Source of the DNA: a virus
DNA length: 64,000 bases
IMG/VR virus record: IMGVR_UViG_3300022937_000008
Location: 1-64,000 of that record
Strand: one strand, 5' to 3'
Part shown: piece after piece, positions 55,144 through 64,000 of the stretch
How positions within the stretch are numbered: position 1 is the first letter of the stretch
Layout: each line of letters opens with the position of its first letter
Notes under the pieces: generated by a model
The model's input: only the letters and a program-made list of their open reading frames with translations
Database searches by the model: none
What the model was told of the DNA's origin: nothing
Made by a program: the position numbers and the translations under genes

Positions 55144-56606
55144 TGGATTTTTTCTACGACGGACAGCTTAGAAGATACGTAACACAGTTTATGAGAATAT
55201 TCATAGGCTTTAAGTATCAAGCCGGTAATGGTGATCAACAGACTATTCCTGTTATGTATGGTGATCTAACAAGACAGGTAGCAAATATTATCCGTGAAAA
55301 TTCAGAAAACAAAATGCCTACAGTTCCAAGAATGGCTTGTTATATTACAGGCCTAACTATGGACACAACAAGATTAACTGATCCCACTTTTGTTAGTAAG
55401 GTAAACATACGTGAAAGAAAATATACAGTAGACGAAAGTGGAAATAGAACTTATACAGGTGCACCAGGTAAAAACGTAACAGTTGAAAGATTGATGCCAA
55501 CACCATATAAGCTCACAGTAAGAGCTGATTTATGGACATCTAATACAGATCAAAAATTACAAATACTAGAACAAATTATGGTGTTGTTTAATCCTGCCTT
55601 TGAAATACAAACAAATGACAACTATATAGACTGGACTAGTTTGAGTGTTGTTTACCTAACAGGAACAAACTTTACATCTAGATCTATTCCAGCAGGAGCA
55701 GATTCAGATATTGATATTTGTAGTTTAGACTTTGAAATACCAGTATGGATTTCGCCTCCAGCTAAAGTTAAAAAATTAGGAATTGTAAGAAGTATTATTG
55801 CTAATATCTTTACTGAAGAAGGCAATGTAAAAGATCTTTCGCAATTAGTATTCAACAGTTCAAATCCAAATGCTGTTGCATACGTAAATGCAAGATATCC
55901 TGTGTTATTGTTCAAAGCAAATAATGGTCAAGATTATGATTATGAATTAACAATATTAGATCAAACTGCTGCTATACAATCATTAGGATTAGATGTTAAA
56001 GAATTTTCAGACGGTAAAAAACTTGACTGGAACGGTGTAACAGCTATGCTTGGCGGATTTACAACAGGCACAAGTATGGTACATTTCAGACAACCTAACG
56101 GAAATGAAATTTCAGGAACGTGTGCAATACACCCAACAGATCCTTTCATAATGTTAGTAAGTATGGACCAAGATTCATTACCTGCAAACACAGCAATAGC
56201 TTCATCGAATAGATCAGCAAGTAGTCTAACTACAATAGATGCTGTTATTGATCCTACTACATTTAATCCTATCGAAGCATGGGGAGGTTTAAGTAGTATT
56301 CCATTAGGAACTCGTTATCTATTACTAGAAGAAATTGGATACGAAGGAAATGTTGACGGAGCGGAAGCATGGAAGGGCAGTGATGGTTCTAGTCAAACAT
56401 CTTATAAATTAAAACAAAACAGCATTGTTGAATGGGACGGATCTTCGTGGGAAACTGTAATGGATCCTGATACTTCTGTTTCGATCATCTACATAACCAA
56501 TCTTAAAACTGGCATCCAATATAAATGGGATGGCATCCAATGGCTCAAATCATTCGAAGGAGAGTATGCCCCAGGTTTTTGGAGATTTGATCCAGAAGGC
56601 GCATAA
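55143..56606 (+). CDS. gp15: tail terminator / sheath stabiliser (gp15-like) with C-terminal extension
   Basis: FFYD..RRY..QF, PV.YG, PRM, PTPY, QILEQI..LFNP, WISPP. Confidence 0.88.
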   Translation: MDFFYDGQLRRYVTQFMRIFIGFKYQAGNGDQQTIPVMYGDLTRQVANIIRENSENKMPTVPRMACYITGLTMDTTRLTDPTFVSKVNIRERKYTVDESGNRTYTGAPGKNVTVERLMPTPYKLTVRADLWTSNTDQKLQILEQIMVLFNPAFEIQTNDNYIDWTSLSVVYLTGTNFTSRSIPAGADSDIDICSLDFEIPVWISPPAKVKKLGIVRSIIANIFTEEGNVKDLSQLVFNSSNPNAVAYVNARYPVLLFKANNGQDYDYELTILDQTAAIQSLGLDVKEFSDGKKLDWNGVTAMLGGFTTGTSMVHFRQPNGNEISGTCAIHPTDPFIMLVSMDQDSLPANTAIASSNRSASSLTTIDAVIDPTTFNPIEAWGGLSSIPLGTRYLLLEEIGYEGNVDGAEAWKGSDGSSQTSYKLKQNSIVEWDGSSWETVMDPDTSVSIIYITNLKTGIQYKWDGIQWLKSFEGEYAPGFWRFDPEGA

Positions 56607-56614
56607 GTAGTTTT

Positions 56615-57001
56615 ATGCAAAAACGTGCAGGTTTGTTATATCTATCAGCTGATACTCGACGAGTCCTTCTTATTTTAGAAAATGAGAAATGGACTGTTCC
56701 TACATTTGTCAGATCAGAAAATGTATTAGAAGATTCAAAAAATTTACAAGAATCTTTTGCAAAAGGTAAAATTCTTCCTATTGAATTATATCTATCCAAA
56801 GATCAAGGATTTGAATATAGCACCTATATTTGCTTAGTACACGAAGAATTTCTACCTACAGATGTTTATACATTTTGTTGGGCTACATTAGAATATCTAC
56901 CCAAGAATATTCATGTAGGTTTAAAGAACACATTAAATAATAATCTAATAAGAACAAAGATAGAAACAGTTTTGGAGTTAGAAAATGCATCGTTTACTTG
57001 A
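56615..57001 (+). CDS. hypothetical protein, degenerate NUDIX-like
   Basis: AGLLY...RVLL, FEYSTY, CWA; no intact Nudix box. Confidence 0.55.
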   Translation: MQKRAGLLYLSADTRRVLLILENEKWTVPTFVRSENVLEDSKNLQESFAKGKILPIELYLSKDQGFEYSTYICLVHEEFLPTDVYTFCWATLEYLPKNIHVGLKNTLNNNLIRTKIETVLELENASFT

Positions 57002-57263
57002 TCAACCAAGAGTTAAAGAAGAACTTGCTAGTTTTAGAGAAAGAATCGAAAACGTTAAGAGCGAGTCGTTAAAACAAGAATGTGGATCTTTATTAACACA
57101 ATTAGTCGGCGAGATTAAAAACCTCGATATGTATCATGATCAACTATTTGTAAATCCACAAAAAAAATTATCAGGAATGTCTAACGACAGTAGAGAAAAC
57201 GTTTCTATTTTACGTAGAAAATTAGAAAGTAAACTTAAAGATATTAAAAGAGCTAAACTATAA
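56985..57263 (+). CDS. hypothetical coiled-coil protein
   Basis: 92 aa, GGAG SD. Confidence 0.7.
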   Translation: MHRLLDQPRVKEELASFRERIENVKSESLKQECGSLLTQLVGEIKNLDMYHDQLFVNPQKKLSGMSNDSRENVSILRRKLESKLKDIKRAKL

Positions 57264-58139
57264 AGTTTGGAAACTTTTTACAGTTATACTGCCAACCATT
57301 GCGGCATGACTTGAACATTGATATCTGTAACCGCCTGATATAGACTCAGGAACCTTCCAGTATAAAACACCACCATAAGCAGCATTAGCAGAAGCACCTG
57401 TTGTTACAGTACCATTATCTAATACATGATACAAACCTTCATCATAGTTCGAACCTGCTGCTGTTTGTATCTGGAAAGGATGCGAAGCACTGACTCCAGA
57501 TAAATCAAAGGCTATAGTTGTTCCTGAAATACAGTAAACTGTAGGATTGTCATTTGCTGCACCATATTGATCGAATCTATATGCTACTGTTCCATTTACA
57601 CTAACGCTTAACATTGTAATTGCAGGTAGATAAACTTTGTCAATGGTTAAAGATGCATTGCCAGCATCTTGTAGTGTAGAAAAGTTTGCTGCGCCGCCGC
57701 TTTGTGTATTAGTGATTGTAACGGTATCAGTTCCAGGAGTAGTTGTAATTTGTATTCCTGTTCCTGCTGCAAGAGTTAAAGTATCAGTTGCAGAATCAGC
57801 AGTAACATCAGTTTGTCCGCTTACCGCTATAGTAGAAAAAGCATTCTGATTTGCTTCGCCACCACCTGCACCTACAGAGCTAATTGTAACTGTATCTGTT
57901 GTTGCATCTGTAGTGAGTGTTACATTAGAACCAGCAACTAATGTTAATGTGCCAGTTGGACTATCTGCAACTACATTGTCTTGTGTTGCTACAGCAATTA
58001 CTCCAAAACTACTAGCTTGTCCAGCACCTCCGCTGGTAAGAACGTTCCACACTCCGGCAGTGGCATCATATTGCCATGTGGTTCCGCTCTGTGAAAACTG
58101 TTGTCCGTTTGTTGGACTGTCTGGATAATTAATTGCCAT
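57258..58139 (-). CDS. tail-fibre-like protein with C-terminal cupredoxin domain
   Basis: Thr/Ala-rich repeats (AF.TIAV.GQ..V.ADS.T.TLTL.AG..I.TT) then HPF...YQCSSHAAMVG. Confidence 0.8.
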   Translation of the reverse strand: MAINYPDSPTNGQQFSQSGTTWQYDATAGVWNVLTSGGAGQASSFGVIAVATQDNVVADSPTGTLTLVAGSNVTLTTDATTDTVTISSVGAGGGEANQNAFSTIAVSGQTDVTADSATDTLTLAAGTGIQITTTPGTDTVTITNTQSGGAANFSTLQDAGNASLTIDKVYLPAITMLSVSVNGTVAYRFDQYGAANDNPTVYCISGTTIAFDLSGVSASHPFQIQTAAGSNYDEGLYHVLDNGTVTTGASANAAYGGVLYWKVPESISGGYRYQCSSHAAMVGSITVKSFQTL

Positions 58140-58158
58140 TTATGTACCTCAGTAGTAT

Positions 58159-60231
58159 TTAGTATTTCTTAACTCTTATATTTAAACCGTTTCTAGTGTT
58201 TAAATTTGACATAACTTTTCTAGGCCCGATCTTAAATCTCGCATCAACAGCACCCTGATATAGAACTCTTGGAGATCCACCTTCTAAACTTCGATAGTCA
58301 GTCCAATTCGCATCGTTAGGAGTGGTTGATTCAGTACCATAATAAAAGTCCGAACTGTCTTGGGCTGTAAGTCCAAGGCACCATTCTTTTAATTCTTTCC
58401 ATGTCCAGTCTCTGTTGTGTTCCATAATTGTTGCTAAAAATCCACAAGCAACAGGACAAGCAGCACTTGTTCCACTGAAAGCACAATCATATGCAGTTCC
58501 ACCGTTATATGTAAATCCACTGTATGTAGCAGGATACTGTCCTTGATTGGTATAAGCCTTGTTTGCTGCTAGTGTGCCATCAGCAGCAGCATACACATCT
58601 ATACCTTCACCTCTATCGCTATAACTTACTTTAGTTTCAAGACTACCATTATAATCATCATCTAATGCTCCGATGTTTATAGTTTTATAGTCAGTGGTTC
58701 CATCTTCTTTAATGTATCTTCCACCTTGTTGTGGAAATCCTGTTCTATTTGTTGTTCCGTATACAGCAACACCAAATTCAAACATTACTGAACCTTCTAA
58801 ACTTCCGCCGTCGGTTGTTGTAATGTAATTGTTGTAATCAGGATGACCTTCTTTAACTACCTTTTGGTTAGAATTTCCAGCTGCACCTATGAATATCACA
58901 CCTTCTTCTATCATCTCGTCCTCAGCAGTAGTCAGTGAATTATCAATCATTTGACTTTTCCAACGTCCGCCGTCCCCCTGTGTTCCCATATGACTTAACC
59001 AAGCAATTCCAGTTTCTGTTGTATAGGATACATTGGCAGTTGCACGGTGAGTATAATATAAGGTTGATGCATTAGAAACATTGGCATTGGATCCGCTTGG
59101 AGCCTTGTTTGATCGAAACCCCCAACTGTTAGAACTTAGTGTTGGATCTTTTGCACCAAAGAGAGGATTAACAGGTTTTAGTCTATGAAATAGTTTTTGT
59201 ATATCAAATCCTTCTTCAATACCTGAACCATAAGCTCCATAAAGATCAAGCATCCATTTATTAGCATTGTACGCCCAGCCCTGTGTTCTTCCGAATGTTA
59301 ATGCACCACAAGGTGTGCCGTGTTCTCCATCAGTGCCTGATGGTCTAATAGTATTATCGCCACTTGTATTTAATCTGGTATAAGTTGCGCTAACTGTTAC
59401 TGTTCCTTCGTTCGCAAACTTTGCGCTTCGCGCACCGGCATTCCCCCACCAATCTCTTGCCACACTCTCCACAGGAACAGTTGTACCGTCCCAGCGTGTG
59501 GTTAATCTTGTACCTGGATCAGCATCAAACCATTCTGGATCAATATAATAAGGTGCATCAAGAACAAGATCCAATACATCACAAGTACCGTTTCCTGGAA
59601 GTAAATTTCCGCCTGTATATCCTGTTGGCTTTTCAACTTCTGTTACTCCATCTGAAAGTAATACACAATTGTTTTGGAATTCGGGATGTCCTATCCACAT
59701 TCCTTCGTCACATACAATAACATCAATATTTTTTCCTGTTCCGTACTGAGTAGGATTTATTTCAGGGATAGCATTATCTGCTAGTGAATTATCTACCCAA
59801 GGATCTAAAAACTGTTGATGTCTATAAAGTGAATAACTTGCACGATTAGAATCTGCTGCTGTAGGTATTCCACCTGGCAATGTATTAGAAACTGAAAACT
59901 CTCTATAGTTTTTAATTGTTCCGGAATAACGAGCTACTAATTCTGGACGGACTGCTTGTAGTTCATCCTGTGGTGGTTTAAATTCTTCTGGATATTTAGA
60001 ATAATCGATATTAATAAATCTTATTCTAGGATCATTTTTAAGTTGATCTGCTTCTTCTTGTGTAAGTAGGTATGTACCGCGAGTTGAACTATGTAATTTA
60101 TCATCATCACATTCAATACAACGTTCCGGTACTTCGTCACAATTATGGCCATCGTGTACAAGTTCGTGATGTAGTTCGTCCCATTGTTCTTCGGTATACG
60201 TACCAAGTTGGTAATATTTTTCCTCAGCCAT
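58159..60231 (-). CDS. subtilisin-like serine protease (S8)
   Basis: VIVCDEG, HGTPC, SNSWG, AAGNS, FSGTSAACP. Confidence 0.9.
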   Translation of the reverse strand: MAEEKYYQLGTYTEEQWDELHHELVHDGHNCDEVPERCIECDDDKLHSSTRGTYLLTQEEADQLKNDPRIRFINIDYSKYPEEFKPPQDELQAVRPELVARYSGTIKNYREFSVSNTLPGGIPTAADSNRASYSLYRHQQFLDPWVDNSLADNAIPEINPTQYGTGKNIDVIVCDEGMWIGHPEFQNNCVLLSDGVTEVEKPTGYTGGNLLPGNGTCDVLDLVLDAPYYIDPEWFDADPGTRLTTRWDGTTVPVESVARDWWGNAGARSAKFANEGTVTVSATYTRLNTSGDNTIRPSGTDGEHGTPCGALTFGRTQGWAYNANKWMLDLYGAYGSGIEEGFDIQKLFHRLKPVNPLFGAKDPTLSSNSWGFRSNKAPSGSNANVSNASTLYYTHRATANVSYTTETGIAWLSHMGTQGDGGRWKSQMIDNSLTTAEDEMIEEGVIFIGAAGNSNQKVVKEGHPDYNNYITTTDGGSLEGSVMFEFGVAVYGTTNRTGFPQQGGRYIKEDGTTDYKTINIGALDDDYNGSLETKVSYSDRGEGIDVYAAADGTLAANKAYTNQGQYPATYSGFTYNGGTAYDCAFSGTSAACPVACGFLATIMEHNRDWTWKELKEWCLGLTAQDSSDFYYGTESTTPNDANWTDYRSLEGGSPRVLYQGAVDARFKIGPRKVMSNLNTRNGLNIRVKKY

Positions 60232-60239
60232 AGATCACC

Positions 60240-61778
60240 TTATACTAAGTTTACCCAAGAACCGTTTTCATAACCTTGAAATTTATTAGTTGTTGTATTG
60301 TAAATTAAATCACCGTTTTGTGCAGTTAATAGATCTCGTTGAGCGGTTGTAAATGAAGCCATCTTAATAGGAGATGATGTTACTTCTACTCTGGTTCCTG
60401 CTGTTAATTGTATTTCATTATCTGAAAATAGTTCAGGTACACCCGAACCTTGTGATATAACACTTCCTTGAACAGTAAGGTTATTGCTTACTGTTAAATC
60501 GTTGTTAACTGTTACATTGTTTTCAACAGTTAAATCACTGTTCATTATTACTGCTGGAGTAAAGGATATTGCCGAACTATCACCTGTATCGATTATGTTT
60601 CCTGTAAATGTAAAGTTACCTACAGAAGCAGCGGATGCTCCGCCAGTAAATACACCACCAGTTGTAAATGCAGTAAAGCCTGTTCCGTTTACAGGTGTAG
60701 TTAATGTTGAATCTGAATAAAGTGCAAATGTTCCACTTGTTAAAACATCTGCAAAATAATCATTACCGTTAAGTTCTGTCATACCACCGACAGATGAAAA
60801 TGTTACCGGTTGTCCTTCATATAATCCATGATCACCAAAGGAAGTAATTACTACCGGGTTGGCCTGTGTTGCACCATTGACCACTCCTGATACGCCTGCT
60901 ACTGAATCGTCTCCTGCAGACCATTGTGATCCATTCCATTTTAAAACTTGATTAAGTGCCGGCGACATTGCTGAATCAACATCTGATAAACTCTTAATGC
61001 TTTGAGAAGTTATAGCAGTTAAGTATCCTGACAACGCATGATTACCCCAACTGTATGCTGAATCCCATTGAGAAGAATTTGCTGTTGCAGTTGTTAGTGC
61101 TGTTGTTGTTGCGTAATCTGCTAGTGTAGTTGTTAGTGCTGTTGATGTAACGCCATCAGTAATTCCATATCCGCCTAGTGTTGTTGGTGTTCCTGTTAGT
61201 GATGAAAATGCACCATCAAATGTACTTGCATCAGTAATTCCATAACCTGCTAGTGTAGTCGGAGTGTTTGATAATGAACTCCATTCGCCATCAAATCCTT
61301 GTGGTGCGTCTTCAAATGTAAATGTTCCAGAACCGTTTGTAGTGAGTATCTGCCCATTTGTGCCATCACTGATACCTAAATCTAAAATCGAAGTAACTAA
61401 AGATTCTAATCCACTTACTGGCTGAACCCATTGATTAGAACTTCCATCACTAGTATAAACATACAGTCTGGCGTTAGATGTGTTAAACCAAATTGTACCT
61501 GTTTCAGGAGCACTTGGTGATGTATCACCTAATTCTATACTACCACTGCCGCCACCAACTCCTGCTAATTCTGCTTTTGCAAGAAATGCAGCATTTGAAA
61601 CGTTCGATAAATCCACTTTAACAAGCGGCATTCCTCCAACATCTTCGGCGTTAAAAACTCTTAGTGTATTATTTGTTTGATCGTAAAAAATCTCGCCTTT
61701 GGCGCCGGTTTTTCTGTCAAGAAAATCAGCATCTCTAGGCGATATTCGTAAGTTATTAATAATCGGTAATCTAGCCAT
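60240..61778 (-). CDS. tail fibre / virion structural protein
   Basis: GEIFYD, GTIWFN, TNGQILTTNGSG, two PTTL.GYGITD repeats, NGDLIYNTTTNKFQGY. Confidence 0.8.
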   Translation of the reverse strand: MARLPIINNLRISPRDADFLDRKTGAKGEIFYDQTNNTLRVFNAEDVGGMPLVKVDLSNVSNAAFLAKAELAGVGGGSGSIELGDTSPSAPETGTIWFNTSNARLYVYTSDGSSNQWVQPVSGLESLVTSILDLGISDGTNGQILTTNGSGTFTFEDAPQGFDGEWSSLSNTPTTLAGYGITDASTFDGAFSSLTGTPTTLGGYGITDGVTSTALTTTLADYATTTALTTATANSSQWDSAYSWGNHALSGYLTAITSQSIKSLSDVDSAMSPALNQVLKWNGSQWSAGDDSVAGVSGVVNGATQANPVVITSFGDHGLYEGQPVTFSSVGGMTELNGNDYFADVLTSGTFALYSDSTLTTPVNGTGFTAFTTGGVFTGGASAASVGNFTFTGNIIDTGDSSAISFTPAVIMNSDLTVENNVTVNNDLTVSNNLTVQGSVISQGSGVPELFSDNEIQLTAGTRVEVTSSPIKMASFTTAQRDLLTAQNGDLIYNTTTNKFQGYENGSWVNLV

Positions 61779-61864
61779 TCTGTATTTGCACCATATTTGT
61801 TACATAGTATTTATCTAATGCCATATCTTTCACTATCACGCTTACAGCGCCTATAAATATGCAT

Positions 61865-62443
61865 ATGAAACTCTTAAAAGACATTGGAATATTCGAGAGC
61901 GCAGTAACTGACGAAACCTGTGATAAATTGATTGAATATTATGATCAACTAACAGATTTAGGTATGTCACATACTAGAATTAGCACTAACGATTCTCCCG
62001 GGCACCTAAAAAAGGACTCTGCTGCATTTTTATTCGAACCTCCAGCACTTAATCTTTCCACAGAAAACCCTGCGGTTAGGGACAGTGTCCAGCAAATTAT
62101 TTATTGTTGGGAACAATATATAGATCATTACAGTGTATTATCATCTGTCGATCCACACAGAATTTACTATATGAAACTGCAAAAAACCCTACCAGGAGAA
62201 GGTTATCATGTATGGCATTACGAATCTGATAACCGAGAACGTTCAGGTAGAGTTGCTGCGTGGGGGTTATATCTTAACACTGTCGATGAGGGAGGAGAAA
62301 CCGAATGGCTTTATCAGTCTGTAAGGGTTCCTGCTACAAAAGGTACATTAGCAATTTGGCCAGCCGGTTATACTCATACACATAGAGGTAATCCACCTCT
62401 AAGTGGTGAAAAGTATTTGTTAACAGGTTGGATCGAATACTAA
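61865..62443 (+). CDS. 2OG-Fe(II) oxygenase
   Basis: QKTLPGEGYHVWHYE, YLN..EGGETE, HTHRGNPP, KY.LTGW. Confidence 0.92.
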   Translation: MKLLKDIGIFESAVTDETCDKLIEYYDQLTDLGMSHTRISTNDSPGHLKKDSAAFLFEPPALNLSTENPAVRDSVQQIIYCWEQYIDHYSVLSSVDPHRIYYMKLQKTLPGEGYHVWHYESDNRERSGRVAAWGLYLNTVDEGGETEWLYQSVRVPATKGTLAIWPAGYTHTHRGNPPLSGEKYLLTGWIEY

Positions 62444-63069
62444 TGAACAAAATTAAACTTTTTCCTATAGAATTATTCGAATTTAAAAAAGAATTTGATT
62501 TTGATCAAATTATAGTAGACTGCGAAAAATATGCTGATTTGATTAAACATTCTGATGTTATTTCATCAATGAGAAATCTACACGATAAGCCTGAATTGAA
62601 AGAATTATTTGATTGGTTTAGACAGTGTTTAGATGAAATTAGATTGAAGCAAAAATATGACTGCGATAGTTTTGAAATAACAAGTAGTTGGTTTAACAGA
62701 TCATTACCTCAATCTCAAATGTCATTGAATTTGCATAGACATAGTATGAGTTTCTTTAGTGCAGTTTTTTATCTTACTGAAGGATCTCCTACAGTGTTTG
62801 AAGATCCGGTAATACATCGTACACAAGCACAACTTGAAGTTTTAAGAGAACTAGATAAAGATTCAAGCCCGCATCAAAGTATAGAAGCAGAACCAGGAAA
62901 GTTAATTATTTTTCCTAGTTGGCTTTTTCACTTTAGTGCTCCACACATAGGCGATAAAGATCGTTACGTTATTAGTTTTAATACTATGCCGCAGGGGCTT
63001 GTAAATTATAAATTAGCAACAGATAGCGTTGCCTCTATTAAAATATTGAATAAGGATAAAGGATGGTAA
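62443..63069 (+). CDS. 2OG-Fe(II) oxygenase (TIGR02466-like)
   Basis: SWFN, HRH...SAVFY, FPSWL.H, RYVISFN. Confidence 0.9.
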   Translation: MNKIKLFPIELFEFKKEFDFDQIIVDCEKYADLIKHSDVISSMRNLHDKPELKELFDWFRQCLDEIRLKQKYDCDSFEITSSWFNRSLPQSQMSLNLHRHSMSFFSAVFYLTEGSPTVFEDPVIHRTQAQLEVLRELDKDSSPHQSIEAEPGKLIIFPSWLFHFSAPHIGDKDRYVISFNTMPQGLVNYKLATDSVASIKILNKDKGW

Positions 63070-64000
63070 AAGACCTAATTGTGTTAGGCGGCGGCAATGC
63101 TGGTCTTATGACAGCATTATACCTTAAAGAAAGTATTCCTAATCTTAACCTAACTGTAATTAAATCATCCAAGATTGGAACTATCGGTGTTGGCGAAGGA
63201 TCTACTGAACATTGGAAAATGTTTGCTTCTGCAACTAGAATTTCAATCGTAGATATGATAAGAGAGTGCGGTGCTACATTTAAGATAGGAATTAAGTTTG
63301 AAAATTGGCATGGTGATGGAACTAGTTACTATCATAGTTTGCCTGAAGCTCTAGTAGACACAGATAGTTATACAGGTATTCCGTATGCTATGCTTAAACT
63401 TATTGCAGATGGTACAGGCACAGAAAATCTGCACTGGCAATTGCCTATGGACGGATATATTAGAGAACCGTTAGATCAATACTATCAGTTTCATTTTGAC
63501 AGCGAAAAATTAAACACGTATCTTCTAAAAAAGTGTGATGAAAGAGATATTAAAGTTGTTGATGCTGAGATCAATAATTGTGTATTAGATAACGAAGGGT
63601 TTATTTCCTCTATAGTCGATGACAATGGGCTATCATATTCAGCAGATTTCTTTATAGACAGCAGTGGATTTAAAAGAGTACTTGCATCAAGACTTGGAGC
63701 AGAATGGGTTGATTGGTCAGAGTACTTACCTACAAACAGTGCGTTGGCTTTTCAAACACCATACGAAGAAAATATTCCTCCATATACACTATCTCGTTCT
63801 ATGAATGCTGGATGGATGTGGAGAGCTCCTGTACAGGATAGATTCGGTAACGGATATGTTTATGATGATAGATTTATTTCAGAAGAAAATGCATTAAAAG
63901 AAGTACAACAATACTTTGATTTTCCTTTAAACATAGGACGTAGAATCAAATACACTTCAGGAAAAGTAAACAAAGCATGGATTAAAAATTGTGTTTGTAT
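63063..64000 (+). CDS. flavin-dependent (tryptophan) halogenase-like protein, 3'-truncated; not in ORF track
   Basis: LGGGNAG, IGVGEGS, TFKIGI.F.NW, FHFD, FIDSSGF, GWMWRAP, RFGNGYVY. Confidence 0.92.
   Translation, partial: MVKDLIVLGGGNAGLMTALYLKESIPNLNLTVIKSSKIGTIGVGEGSTEHWKMFASATRISIVDMIRECGATFKIGIKFENWHGDGTSYYHSLPEALVDTDSYTGIPYAMLKLIADGTGTENLHWQLPMDGYIREPLDQYYQFHFDSEKLNTYLLKKCDERDIKVVDAEINNCVLDNEGFISSIVDDNGLSYSADFFIDSSGFKRVLASRLGAEWVDWSEYLPTNSALAFQTPYEENIPPYTLSRSMNAGWMWRAPVQDRFGNGYVYDDRFISEENALKEVQQYFDFPLNIGRRIKYTSGKVNKAWIKNCVC

Noticed and set aside
298-61680. Many short antisense or overlapping ORFs in the track (e.g. 298-546, 2709-2948, 3314-3601, 8210-8485, 12032-12376, 46225-46605, 49821-50156, 54942-55238)
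   Set aside because: They are shadows of well-supported genes on the opposite strand or frame, without SD or promoter support
60240-61778. Diversity-generating retroelement target in tail fibre repeats
   Set aside because: The repeats are ordinary fibre motifs; no reverse transcriptase or adenine-specific TR/VR pair is seen
1-64000. Alternative genetic code (stop-codon reassignment)
   Set aside because: Long core genes translate intact in code 11, TAA/TAG/TGA all serve as stops, and the only tRNA is not a suppressor

Overview
The window is a 64-kb segment of a large, AT-rich T4-like myophage genome. Left to right it holds: (1) a G-rich block of small early genes under consensus sigma70 promoters; (2) an abrupt skew switch near 1.5 kb and three 28-bp-phased GC-GAA-GC mini-hairpins; (3) a glnA-type glutamine riboswitch, a tRNA-Arg with the rare GCG anticodon and a Pol-beta-type nucleotidyltransferase; (4) replication genes (gp41 helicase, gp61 primase, a 192-aa DnaE-like family-C polymerase core, clamp-loader small subunit, UvsW) plus a carbamoyltransferase; (5) a ~19-kb glycan-modification island ending in an APS-kinase / HxGH-nucleotidyltransferase / sulfotransferase operon; (6) uvsY, uvsX and gp32; (7) a 23-aa PqqA precursor peptide gene absent from the ORF track, which points to a methylotroph host; (8) packaging, neck and tail genes, a cupredoxin-tipped fibre, a subtilisin, 2OG-Fe(II) oxygenases and a truncated flavin-dependent halogenase. 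Many genes follow a TAAATA late-promoter motif by about 5 nt with no Shine-Dalgarno sequence, which suggests leaderless mRNAs. All family calls come from motif recognition by eye, not database searches.
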